Shown here in pieces: positions 13,505-25,911 of a DNA stretch of 64,000 bases. The position numbers were made by a program, and so were the translations under genes. Position 1 is the first letter of the stretch. Each line of letters opens with the position of its first letter. The stretch lies in contig OZ360227.1 of the NCBI GenBank assembly GCA_977017645.1, forward strand, positions 98,394,001-98,458,000. Reading direction: 5' to 3'. A model generated the notes under the pieces. It saw nothing but the letters and a program-made list of their open reading frames with translations, was not told the origin of the DNA and did not search any database. This DNA is from Torpedo marmorata. Lineage: Eukaryota.

Positions 13505-14292
13505 AACTGTTGGCTGTTTTCTTTTCCTGTCACTTAGAAATCTGAAATGAATTTAAACATTTCATTGCTGCCCAGTTATGAGAAGTTAACATCATAAATC
13601 AGAGATTTATAGCTGCATTTGGTTGTTTTGATGAAACTGAAATTATAGTATTGATCTTTCTATAACCAAGGTAAATATAGCAATACATTGTCTCTTGATG
13701 TGACTTAATCAAATTTGGTTGATTGAAAAATATGTATATCAGTGATGGAATAAAGCTTAAATTAGAAATGACTCTTAAGTCTTTTGAAAATTTGTAGCAT
13801 GCAGCACATTTCTGTGTAAGAATAATGCTTTCTGCCATGATTGCTCTGGAGTGTGATTCTAGATTTGCAAGATGCCCATCGCTACTAACAAACACCTTTG
13901 TTCCTACAGTTCCTTTTTTATTCACTTTGAGTAATTCATGGAAATATAGACATTTATTCACAAATAATTACTCAGAAGGCACACATTTGAATCTATGAAT
14001 TTAAATCAAACTTAATTTGAAATGTTTTTTAAACTACTTGGGTGTTATTAAAATTGGCTTTAGACAAAATAAAATGAAATTGTCTGATCTAATTCTGTGC
14101 ACAATCACAAACCTACAACATACCTTGATTGAAGATAAATATTTAAAGAAGACAGAGAAAATTAACCTTTTGAAGCAAAACGAGCACAAAATGACATATT
14201 AATAATTCTGGTGATTTATTTTTGTTTCCAGTATTTAGAAACACTCACAATCAATATATTTTCTAAATTTAGCCATCTTATTTCTTATACGG

Positions 14293-17200
14293 AAATTTCT
14301 AGCTCTGTAATCATCACTGCTGAAGATGAGAGGGAAGATTTCTACACAAGTCAACTTCATGTGCCTGACAAAACATTTGAACTCAGGGTGGAAACTCCAG
14401 CTCCTTCGAACATTTTGGACCTTAAAACTGATGCTAAGCCTTTAAAATCTGTGCCAGTATTCATCAAACATATTTCTAGTATGGAGGTAGTTGAGGAAGA
14501 TGTAGCTAAATTCTCTGTCACTATTAGTGGATTCCCAGAACCCTCTATTCAGTGGTTTTACAATGGTAAAAAAATGACTCTTTCATCAAATTACAAGCTT
14601 ATTTATGATCAGGATGAATATAGTCCAATTATAACTTACACAAAATTTACAGATGAAGGAGAATATACGCATACAGCTACTAATGTACTTGGAGAGACTT
14701 CATGTAGTGCATATCTGAAAATCAAATCAAAGGAAGGTCTGGGAGGGTTTAGGAAATCAGCTGCAAAGCCTCCAGTAGCAAAACTGCCAGAAAAAAAAAA
14801 GATAAATAAATAGCCACTGTCAAAGAGTGCTGTGATGGTACAACAGGCAGAAACTATGCATGTATCTAGGGGTGAGGCACCACAGTTTTAGAAATAATTT
14901 AAATCTTTGCAATGTCTAAAAGGGATGCTTGCTAAATTTGAGTTTGTGGTGCCAGGAGAACCAATGCCAGAGATACTTTGATATAAGGGAAAATACCAGA
15001 TTTGTCAGTGTGTACACTGCCACTTGAATTACAGTTCCAGTGGCTCTGGTTCCTTAACCATTCTTGATGCACAGAAAGAGGATAGTGGTGTGTATTTCTG
15101 CAAAGCATTTAATGCCTTTGGAGAAACAACTTGCACTGCAGAGCTAATTGTGATTAGTGATCCTTTTGCTGTTGAGCATTCAAAACAAGAAAGAGTCCAG
15201 AAGCAACATAGTAAAATGTGCAAAACGTCTGTTGGTAATCATACTGTTGAGTCACGTTTATTCACAGTAAAATTATCTGGTGATACTCATGCAGAATTAC
15301 AGAGTAGAGATCAATTGTTCTATGCAATAGCTTCCGAAGATAAACATGCTGCCCACTGTGAAGAAGCATGAGGTAACAATCTCTGCTGCAATTTCAGGAA
15401 AGAAACTGAAGACAATGCAATCTCAAACTACACCAGAGAGTCTTGGCTTCATTGAGCAACACTATGAACCAATTAAAAGCCCAACAGTATTCAGATTACC
15501 ATGCATGGAAGCACAGCCAGACCAAAGCCTTTGTTTACCCACAATTGAGTAAAAAACTGCAAATCCAAAGGAACCCATCTTTGGTATCAAAGATTTGCCT
15601 TCTGCAACTCAACCAGTGACAGGGAAAGCAGGTATGCCAGAGAAAAATGTCTAATTCTAGCTCAAAAGCTGCATATGTTAATGTTGTAGAAATGTCAAAT
15701 GCAGAGCCAAGGTACCCTATGGATGGCTACAAACTTGAAGGACTTCAAGAGCTCCTAAAGAAGCTTTGTTCTTGTTTGAAGTTCCTGAATTGCAGAAATG
15801 TGAAATGCAAAAAGAAAACAAATTAGAGCTTTATGCAACTGTATCAACAGAGAAGAAGAAAATAAGGGATGAAATTACAAAAAGCATACAGCCACTAGAT
15901 GCTGGATCAAAGTTATTAAAATGGGAATCAAAGTTATTAAAAGAATGACCAAAACCATTTTTGGCATATGTTACTGAAAGCCAGAAGTCGACCTCCAAAG
16001 AGTCTACCTTTAAAGTACAAAAAGCTGAATCACAACAAGCTTTATTAATGAAAGATAAACTTGAGAAAACTGTTTTAAATGCAGAAGAGAAACAACCACT
16101 TAGAAGTGAATATACCAAAATATTAATCGGGCTAGATTGTGCAATCTCATTGACATTGAAAAAAGACGAAAAGGGACCTTTACATTTACAGATTTTCAAG
16201 GAACAAGATCCTCTACCCAAAGAAAGAACATACGGTATACTTTTGAAGTACCCAGAGAAGAGCAAGCAAATCTGAGAAAGAGCCCAACACCGAATTTCAT
16301 GACTTGTTCATGACAATAAATTCTGATTCTGAACATCTCTACATTCAGTACTATCAGAAGACCAGCACCCGGTACCTTATGAATGCACAACTCATTTATC
16401 TGATGTAAAGGACAGCATTAAAATTAAAACAACAAAGGAACGTTTATCTAATTTATATTCTCATAATGTAGAAACTATGTGCATTTTTTATAAAGAAGGT
16501 ATACTACCCAATGAAAAACTATCTCCTCATATTGCAACAAGCAAACTTGAGAAGGCATACAGCAATGCTGTGGTTGTAGAAGAAAAAACAGAACTGTCAA
16601 CCAAACAAATGAAACCACTTGAAATGAAAATTTGCATTCTGAAATCAAAATTGATGCTCCACCAATAAAGTATCTGCCACCTGTAACTTTACCAATACAA
16701 AAATCTAAAGAAAATGTGTTTACAATTGAAGAAAAAGAACAGCATGCTCTAATAACTAAGTCTGGTGACAACACAGTTGTGGAAGATGGTTCTGTTGCCA
16801 TTTTCAAAGCTATAAGTGCAGCAACCTGTGAAAATAAATGAGAGCCAGAATTACTTTCAGCTTCTGTGCAGGTTAAAGAAAAAACTTGTGTCTATAGAAA
16901 ATGCTGATATGCTAGAGGGTGCAGAAGATTTTGCAGTAAGGATGCAAGAGGGACAGCCGGTAAGATTTCCACTGTTGCTTCAAGAAAAACAGATTATTGA
17001 AGAGGAACATTCTTCAGATTTGAAGAGATCAATTCTGAAGTTGGAGAACCAACCAATTCAAACACTACAATCCCATGTAGCACAAGAAAATGGTGCACTC
17101 TATAAAGAAATTGCATTTAAGATTGAAATTCCCAAAGCAATCACTTTAAATCCAGGTACACAGTTTAAGGAAGCATTTAAATCTGCTTTAGCAAGTGAGC

Positions 17201-17927
17201 ATCATGCGATTTCTTCCATTTCATTAGGCTGCATAGAAGCGATAAAAATTAAGGAATTAAAAGTTCAAAAGGAACCAAAGTATACTTTATATACACACCA
17301 AATTACCAATGCTAATCCTCCTATAGATATAACTCTGACCTTTGAAGGAGAATACCCTCCGATAGCTGACTTACAAAAGGAACTGATGACAGTGTTTCAT
17401 TCTGTTATTCATGAACTGCAGCAAACTTTCATAGCTGAGCAGCTAGGTACAATTACAAAGCCATCTGGCAGGAAAGAATAATTGTATATCAGTGTTACTC
17501 CTGCTGAAAAGATGACTGCCAACATTGATGAAAATACTTGGGATACAGAGGAGTATGGGAAGAAAACAGCAGAAGTAACAATGGAGAAAAAAATATTTAC
17601 TCAGGTTTCTAAAGTGATAATTGCAAGTGAAACACAAATGAAAGGAACTAAAAATAATCCAATAATTATTAAAGGGCTTACTGATACCACTGTAAATGAT
17701 ATTTAGCATAGTCATAACAAAATTGAAAAGTGTAAATTGGTATATAAATAAGAAGAAAATTATTTCAAAAAATGAGTTCAAATGTTTTCAAGATTTTGAC
17801 ACATACCAGTACTCACTTATAATCAACAAAGTATAGAAAGAGGATCATCAAGGAGAATATATCTGTGAGACACTGAATGAAGCAGGAAAAGCAACTACAT
17901 CTGCAAAACTCACAGTTGTAAAAAGAG
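14293..17927 (+). pseudogene. ttn: Disrupted titin N2B exon (I24, I25, N2B unique sequence, I26 homologues): pseudo-exon
   Basis: EISSS.., PVFIKHIS..IQWFYNG..CSAYLKI, FAVRMQEGQPVRFPLLLQEKQ, EDHQGEYICETLNEAGKATTSAKLTVVKR match N2B; acceptor reads cgg|AA; in-frame stops at 14811, 14889, 14895, 14979, 15946, 17479, 17834; several frameshifts. Confidence 0.9.
16288..16333 (+). mobile_element. About 46-nt retroelement 3' tail inserted in the N2B exon
   Basis: ccgaatttcatgac...atgacaataaattctgattctga matches the intronic tail at 21808-21847; aaca on both sides. Confidence 0.75.
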
Positions 17928-18832
17928 GTTGGATTATGGGGATAAAATCTTTATTAATATGAACTTTAGAATCTAATCTATTCAACTAATAAAATAGTTA
18001 ACTTATAATTTTAGTTTATGCTAATAAATTCACATGACTGAATCTTTCCTCTTTGTTCCTCCTTTTCCCTTCCTTCTTTCCCATCATATCTTAATGGTAA
18101 AGGAGTAATTGTGTTACCCATTACATTTCAATATATAATGCAGTCAAAGCCTGATGAGTTTATTTCACAAAATATGCATTACAAATTTTAAATATTGATG
18201 GCATTGCCTTGAAAAAATGTGAATTTGATTCATATTGATGTGATCTTCATATGCTTTCACTACCAGTAATAAAAAGCAACTTAAAGTTAACTCTGTTTAC
18301 AAAACTTACCGTGAATGTATTATTTAGTCTTGCTCCCTTTTATTTTGATATTAACTAATGATTAACATCACCCATCTTTTTAATTTTTTACTAACACAAT
18401 ATTGTTTTCATCCCCATATCCACTTTTGAGGAGATGCTAGATATTTATTACCACCATCACCATGTCATAACGAGAAGACAATGGAATATTGTTTTTCCCT
18501 CCTAATATCAAATTTTGTCATCTACTTTGTTCCAGGGGAAAACATCTCATTTTGTATCAATTACTTGCATGCTGCTATGCACTTCACACATGTCAATAAA
18601 TGTTGAATTTCATTAATTGAAATTTTATCATTTACAACATTGAGCACAGCCACTGGTCAGCTAACATCATTTAACCATCATTTCTTCTCCACAGGCATTC
18701 CATGGATTGTTAGTTTCTGCCACTTCTTTTCCTTCATTTTTTGAGTTTCAGGGGGCCACATCTAAACTAAGCTGAAAGAATTAGGGTGTATTGTTACAAT
18801 CTTCTTACTTTTTCTTTAATTTTAATCTACAG

Positions 18833-19111
18833 TGCCTCCAACTTTTAAAAGAAAGATTGAATCACAGGAGGTGATCGTTGGACAGGCTACACAGTTTGAA
18901 TATGAGGTTGAACCTCTTCCTGATGTGAGATTCCAGTGGTTCCGAGCCAGAGCTGAACTTCGTGATAGTGAAAAATACAACATTGTGAACAAGAAATATA
19001 TTTCTATCTTGAAACTTTTGAAGCCCCAGCTAATTGACTGTGGAGAATATACTTGCAGAGCATCAAACCAAATTGGCAGTATAAGTAGCACAGCTAAGTT
19101 GATTGTTCTTG
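18833..19111 (+). CDS. ttn: Titin I27-like Ig exon (279 nt)
   Basis: PPTFKRKIE..VRFQWF..DCGEYTCRASN; ctacag|TG and G|gtaagt. Confidence 0.93.
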
Positions 19112-19439
19112 GTAAGTAGATTATGCTTTGATTGTTATGTTTTACTTTAACGTTTAATTTTCATCTTGATTTGGTCTTAAGATGGAGGAACTCAGCGGGT
19201 CAGGCAACATCTATGGAAGGAAATAATCTGAATGTTTCAGATTCAGACCCTTAATCAAGATGTTTTTAAATGACCTTTTTTGCCAAAATGGGCAATTTCA
19301 CATTCTGATTTGCAGAGTTTTAAGTCCACATTTACTTTTCATGTAACAAAATGATTATATTGCTTTTGCCAGATTTTTGCACATATTCTTAACCTACCTT
19401 TTCATCCCTTTATAGATTGGTTTCTTAAAATAAGGAAGG

Positions 19440-20260
19440 ATGCTCATTTATTGGAAGCAGTTCGGGAAAGGTTTACTAGACAACCTAGAATGAACAGCTT
19501 GTTTTATAAGGAAAGCTTGGAACAGGCTATGCTTGTATTCACCAGAGTTTAGTGAAAGAGAATAATTAAAGTTTAGAAAAATCTAACAGATCTTGACGGG
19601 GTTGAATTTGAGATGAAATTGCCTCGTGCAGGGAACTTTAGAACAATTGGCCACTGTTTATAAACAAGGCGTTGCCTATTAAGGCAGAGATGAGGTGATT
19701 TTTTTCCCTCTCAAAGGGATGAAAGGCATGGACAGAGTAGATGTTGATTCCCATAGTAGGAGAGTCTAGGACAAGAGGGCGTAACCAGGATTGAGGGTGT
19801 CCGCTTAGAATAGAGATGCGTAGGAATTTCTTCAGCCAGAGGGTGGTAAATCTGTGGAATTTGTTGCCACTGGTGGTTGTGGAGGTCAGGTCATTCATTG
19901 GGTGTATTTAAGACAGAGATTGTTAGGTTCTTGATTAGCCAGGCCATCGAAGGTTATCGGGAGAAGGCCAGGCAGTGGGGCTGAGTGGGGAAAAGGATCA
20001 GCTCATGATTAAATGGCGGGGCAAATTCGATGGGCTGAATAGCCTATTTCTGCTCCCATGTCTTATGGTCTTATGGATGTGATTCTTTGGAATTCTCTTC
20101 CTCTAAGGAATGGATGTAAGTGGAGTCTTTGAGTATTTTTAAGGTGGGAGTAGGTAGATACTTGATTAAAGGGTAAGCAAGTGTGCAAAAATGAGATAAC
20201 AGGCAGATTGTGGTGCATGCTCAAGGGGCTGAGTGGTACACTCCTGCTCCTAATTGGGAT
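19440..20260 (+). mobile_element. CR1-clade LINE 3' fragments (two, one nested)
   Basis: aggaatttcttcagccagagggtggtaaatctgtggaat and gggctgaatagcctatttctgctcc, typical CR1 3' ends. Confidence 0.75.
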
Positions 20261-20592
20261 GTTTATACATGTATCCATGCATTTAAAGATCTCTGTAGTT
20301 TTCTAATTAGTGTTTTTTTTCAAAATTGTATAGAATTGAAATTAGATTTATTCCTTCCATTTCTATCCCTTCAACTATATAATAAAAATGTTGAATTTAT
20401 GTCCATAAATGATCATTTATTATTATCATAATTTATAAATTATAAATGATCCAAAAAAGCATGAGAATATCAGCATCAGCAGCTTTCTTTCTCTTTTGGG
20501 AAAATTAGGACAATGTACCAGCCCTGAATGAGTTTTGTCTTCAAATGCAATTCAGTTAATGTAAATACTTAACCCTGATGTTTGTTTTGCAG

Positions 20593-21156
20593 AACTTACC
20601 CCACCAAGCTTTGAAACTAGACTGGAATCAGTAACAACATTTGTGGGTAAAACTGCAAGACTTGAATGCACAGTTTCTGGATCACCTGTGATCCACACTG
20701 TTTGGCAGAAGAATGGTGTTAATTTTACAGATGAAGACAACTATAACATATTAACCAAAGGCAACAAACGTACTTTAGAATTTAGTAACTTAAATGTTCA
20801 GAACAAAGGAACTTATTCTTGCAAAGTAACCAATGAATGTGGCACTAATATCTGCTCTGCTGATCTAATCGTGCTTGACAAACCACACTTCATTAGAAGT
20901 CTTGAATCTACTCAGACTGTAATTAATAGCAGTGCACGTCTTGAATGTCAAGTGGATGAAGATACAGCGGTAACAATTTCGTGGAAAAAAGATGGATTAG
21001 AGCTTCATTCAAACAAATATTATAAAATTACATTTGATGACAAAATAGCGGTTTTGGAAATCTTAAAAGCTAAACTGAAAGATGCAGGAAATTACTCATG
21101 TACAGCTTCTAATGAAGCTGGAAGTGATTCCTGCTCAACACTATTAACAGTTAAAG
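20593..21156 (+). CDS. ttn: Titin two-Ig exon (I28/I29-like, 564 nt)
   Basis: Two tandem Ig domains including ARLECQVDED; ttgcag|AA and G|gtaagg. Confidence 0.93.
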
Positions 21157-21279
21157 GTAAGGATTTTTGAAGGCTGTTTTATGCAGTACTTGTGGCTACT
21201 GTATAAAACAATAAATATTTTCAAATTCTGTTATAGACCATATTTCTGCTGCCTTGTTCATTTTTTAAAAAATTTCTTA

Positions 21280-21590
21280 CGACATAGAGGCAAGCCATAT
21301 TATCCCATCAAGTCCATGTGGACTCTTAGAGTCATCTCAACAATTCTTATCCACACTTATTCTCTTGTAACCCATTCTCATATATCGATCAACTCTCAAT
21401 GAATTTCCTAGCATCCACCTATAGTTGGATAGTTTAAATAACCTACCAACCAGCATATTCATGATTTTTAGGAGGAAATTAGAACACATGGAGCAAAAGC
21501 ACATGGTCACAGAAAGTGTATGAAAACAGACTGTGCTGGATGTAAAGATCAAACCTGGGTCAATAGTGCTGTGAGGCAGCAGCATTAATT
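21280..21590 (-). mobile_element. Old degenerate V-SINE-like copy
   Basis: Weak similarity to the other SINEs (taacctac, ggaggaaa, aaacctggg). Confidence 0.5.
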
Positions 21591-21759
21591 GTGATGCCCT
21601 TAGGTGATTCTGTTAATGGAATATTTTAATCTCCAGTTGTGTGTTTTATGTATATTCAATCATACTTCTGATTCAGTGATTGGATTCAAACATCATGATT
21701 ATGGTAGGTTTTCTAAAACATCTGATTTTGTTTTGTCACTGTATCTTATTTTGGATTTG

Positions 21760-21850
21760 TTATTTCTGGCTTGAATGTTAATTGCACTGTGATGCTGCCG
21801 CAAAACGCCGAATTTCATGACAATAAATTCTGATTCTTCTGATTCTGACT
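21760..21850 (+). mobile_element. Isolated Rex/Babar-type 3' tail
   Basis: gatgctgccgcaaaacgccgaatttcatgacaataaa followed by (ttctga)n. Confidence 0.6.
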
Positions 21851-21969
21851 CTTCTGAGGAACTCCTGCTGAAATCCCTGGTATTTCCCTCAATCAGCTTG
21901 AGGTTGACAGATTCCTATGTTCCAGTAAATCCCTCATCTTTCACTCTTTTAATTGCTTATTAATCGACC

Positions 21970-23355
21970 AGTAGCACTTACATCAACAGTGATGAAGTGT
22001 TTTGAAAGGCTGGTGTTGAAGCATATCAGCTCCTGATTGAGAGGCGACATGGATACGTTCCAGTTCATCTATCGCAGCAACAGGTCTACAGCAGATGCCA
22101 TCTCACTGGCTCTACACAAAGCCCTGGAACATATGGACAGTAAAGATGCATTCATCAGGATGCTCTTCAGCAATGACAGTTCGGCATTTAATGCCATCAT
22201 CCCCTCAAAACTGATCAGCAAATTCCAAGACCTGGGACTCAACACCCCAGTGTGTAATTGGATTATAGATTTCCTCACCTCCAGACCACAATCAGTGACG
22301 ATTGGTAAGAACATCTCCTCCACAATCTCCATCAGTACTGGAGCACCACAGGGCTGCGTTCTTAGCCCCCTGCTCTGCTCACTTTACACCTACGACTGTG
22401 TGGCTCAGTATGACAATAAAACCATCTACAAATATGCCGACAATACCAAGGTAGTGGGTTGTATAAAGGAAGGTGATGAGTCAGCATACAGGAGGGAGAT
22501 TGAAAACTTGGCTGAATGGTGCACCAACAACAACCTTGCACTCAACGTCACCAAAGCTAAGGAGCTGATTGTTAACTTCAGGAAAGGAAAGCCAGAGGTA
22601 TACAATCCAGTGATCATTGGGGGATCAAAGGTGGAGTGGGTGAACAAATTTAAGTTCTTGGGAGTCGCTATCTCGGAGGATCTTTCCTGGAGCCAACACA
22701 CTAATGGCACTGTGAAGAAAGCACGTCAGCGCGTCTACTTCCTCAGGAGTTTGCAGAGGTTTGGTATGACACCAGAAACCTGGCAAATTTCTACAGATTT
22801 GTGGTGGAAAGTGTGCTGACCGGCTGCATCACAGTCTGGAATGGGGACACCAATACCCCTGAGCGTTAAGCCCTTCAAAAGGTAGTGGACACAGCCCAGA
22901 ACATCACAGGCAAAACCCTCCCCACTATCGAGAACATCTTCAGGGAATGCTGCCGTTGGAGAGCAGCAGCAATCATCAAGGATCCACACCACCCAGCACA
23001 TGCTCTTTTCTCGCTGCTGCCATCAGGAAAGAGGTATCGGTGCCACAAGACTCACACCACCAGGTTTAGGAACAGCTGCTACCCCTCCACTATCAGACTC
23101 CTCAACAACAAACTCAATCAGGGACTCATTTAAGGACTCTTGTGCACTTTATTGTTTTTTTTATTTTTTCTGTATTGCACAGTCAATTTGTTTACATTCA
23201 TTATCTGTTTACAGTACTTTATTTGTTTACATGTATGCGCTGTGTACAGTTTTTTTTGCACTACCAATAAGTGATAATTCTGCCTTGCCCGCAGGAAAAA
23301 GAATCTCAGGGTTGTATGTGATGTCATGTATGTACTCTGACAATACATCTGAAAT
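21970..23355 (+). mobile_element. 5'-truncated Rex1/Babar-clade LINE (RT and 3' UTR)
   Basis: [38 protein letters not shown] (for YADD), FKFLGV. Confidence 0.92.
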
Positions 23356-23851
23356 CCCCCTCCCCCACCCATCTCCTTGAGTCGTGCAAACCTCTGAGAT
23401 AATTGTGCACCTTCAATTTTGGTCTTTTATGCATCCCAAATTCTAATCACTTTACCTATGGTGGTCACGTCTTCAGCACCAAGCTCTGGAATTGTTTTTA
23501 AATCTCTTTGCATCTCTTCCTTTCTTTCCTTTAAAGAGTCACTTCGTAAAACTCAACTCTTTATGAAATTCTGAACATTTTCACCAAAGTTGTTTGTTAT
23601 CTGCTGAATATATCTTTGTGTTGTGTGTCAAATTTTAGTGTAATAACTGTACTTTGAAAGACTTTGGACATTTTACTACGTTAAAAGCACATTATAAATA
23701 TAGATCAGTGTTTCATCATTTATGCAAGCTCTTCATGTATGTTTTTAGGGACTCTTTTCTGTTTTTACATGTTATTTTACATAAATTCATCCAAAAACAA
23801 CTCCCTTATTACATGATTAGAGATATTGAGAAAAGAGGATGTTAATAATAT

Positions 23852-24105
23852 GGGCATCAAGCTTTTAGCACAATGTTATTCCAGCACCAGTGACCTGGGT
23901 TCGAACTTGCTGCTGTCTGTAAGGTGTTTGTATGTTCTGCTGTGTCTACATGAGTTTCCTCTGGGGGCTCCAGTTTCCTCCCAGGTTCCAAAGACATAGG
24001 GGGTTAGTAAGTTAATTGGACACGTGGGTGTATTTGGGTGGCATGGGCTTGTGGGCTGGAAGGGCCTGTTACCATGCTGTATCTCTTATTAAAAACAAAA
24101 TAAAA
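23852..24105 (+). mobile_element. V-SINE copy, sense orientation
   Basis: gggttcgaac B box, V-domain, gggcctgttaccatgctgtatct and A-rich tail. Confidence 0.8.
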
Positions 24106-24109
24106 ATAT

Positions 24110-24555
24110 AAAAAGTAGAAAGAGGATCGTAATTTGGCCTTTTGGACCTGCTCAACCATTCAATCTGAGAACAGCTGATCTTTTACCTCAGCCCTGCTTT
24201 CCTGCACTAATCCCTTATCTATGAATTTAGTTTAATATCGAGAAAGATATCGATCTCTGCCCTGAATATATTTATGAATTGACCTCCCTAGCCCTCTTGT
24301 GTGGAGAATACTAAATGCTCCAGGTGAGGAAACATTCTCTTCTGAGATATCTCTATTTTGAGGCTGGGACACTTGGTTCTAGACATTCCAAAGAGGGAAC
24401 ATACCTTCTGTCATCAACCTCATCAAATCCTGTAAGAAGTTTGAATGCTTCATTGAGATTATTTCTTATTTTTTTCTTAACTGCGAACTACAACCCAGTC
24501 TGCATAATCTCTTCTCATAAGACAATAACCAGATGCCTGGAATCAATCTGGTGAA
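24110..24555 (-). mobile_element. Degraded CR1 LINE 3' fragment
   Basis: Similar to the reverse-strand CR1 end at 48260-48700. Confidence 0.6.
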
Positions 24556-25128
24556 CAAATGTACATGAATTGAATCTATAATAAAATAGGCATTTGCTTT
24601 TATTAGATGGCTGCAAAATTATCTTGCAGCTAAGATCGTTGCTTCATCCTTTTCATTTGGAATCAGATTCACATAGCCTCTATGAAAATCTTACTCTCAT
24701 CTGATGGTGGTTGGCAAGCAGATTTGTCATATTTACTTTATATTTTGCTTACCTCTTTATTTCACGTATAACAGAAGAAATTGTGCATAGAAAAATGGAT
24801 CATTTGAAATGAGATACAGTTACTAAATCATTAGTTCAGTTGATGATATGATAACATGAAAACAAAGCTGACCAAACCAAAAATGTTATAAGTCATCCAA
24901 CTTTATTTGCTGCTTTATACCTGTGACTGTTTAGCAATTTTATTTTATTATCTGTTTGATTTATTGTTGGTGAAATTTTAAAGGCAATAATTTAACTTTC
25001 TTTCAAATTACTGGCAAATAATACCTAATGTGTTGCAACTTTTAAAAAAAGTTTAAAAACTTTTAGTTCTTTCTTTTAATGGTTTTACTCTATCAACTCT
25101 TAATATTTTTCTTTAAACTTGCCTTCAG

Positions 25129-25410
25129 AACCACCTTCGTTCATCAGAAAGCCAGAACCATCACTGCTGTTGAAGAAAGGTGATTCAACACACTTGTATT
25201 GCCAAGTTAAGTGGTTGCCTGAAATTAGTGTTACCTGGTACAAAAACAACAAGATTCTCACTTCCTCGGAAAAATACAAGATATCATTTAGTGATTCTTC
25301 AGCTGTTCTCGAGATTACTGATGTAAATATAGAAGATAGTGGTGAATATGTATGTGAAGCACAAAATGAAGCTGGTACCGATAGCTGCAGCTCTATCATT
25401 ACAGTCAAAG
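25129..25410 (+). CDS. ttn: Titin Ig exon R1.1 (282 nt)
   Basis: Open I-set Ig, AG/GT, phase 1. Confidence 0.93.
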
Positions 25411-25510
25411 GTTTGTAGGATGTTGATGTTGCTGCTATTGTAAAATCCATGCTGTTTGTTTCTTTAATCTTTTATAAAAAGTTTGAATTTGAATTTTTGT
25501 GCCTTTTTAG

Positions 25511-25789
25511 AACCTCCTTCTTTTGTCAAAACATTTGATCCCATTGAAGTGGTGAAAGGATTCAATTGTACTCTTGAATGTGAGCTGACTGGTACAACTC
25601 CGTTTGAAGTTGTCTGGCACAAAGACAAAAAGCAGATCCGATTTAGTAAGAAGTACAAGATGATTTTCCAAAATATGCGTGCTTCTCTCCACATTAGCTT
25701 TTTTGAGTTCTCAGATGTTGGTGATTATCAATGCACAGTTTCTAATGAAGTAGGAAAATGTCTCTGTGGTGCAACAGTAAAGATGAAAG
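25511..25789 (+). CDS. ttn: Titin Ig exon R1.2 (279 nt)
   Basis: Open I-set Ig, AG/GT, phase 1. Confidence 0.93.
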
Positions 25790-25911
25790 GTCAGTAATCT
25801 TTTGGAAATTGAGAGAAATATGTCATAATAACTTGTAAAAATTTTAAAAAGATTTAAAACTTGGACTATATAACATATAACACGTTATTTTTTACCTTCC
25901 TTTTAAATTAG

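Noticed and set aside
14293-17927. N2B lesions as long-read indel errors, or N2B as several small exons
   Set aside because: Many lesions are substitutions inside Ig cores, there is a retroelement insert and a broken acceptor, neighbouring exons are clean, and no GT-AG introns remove the stops
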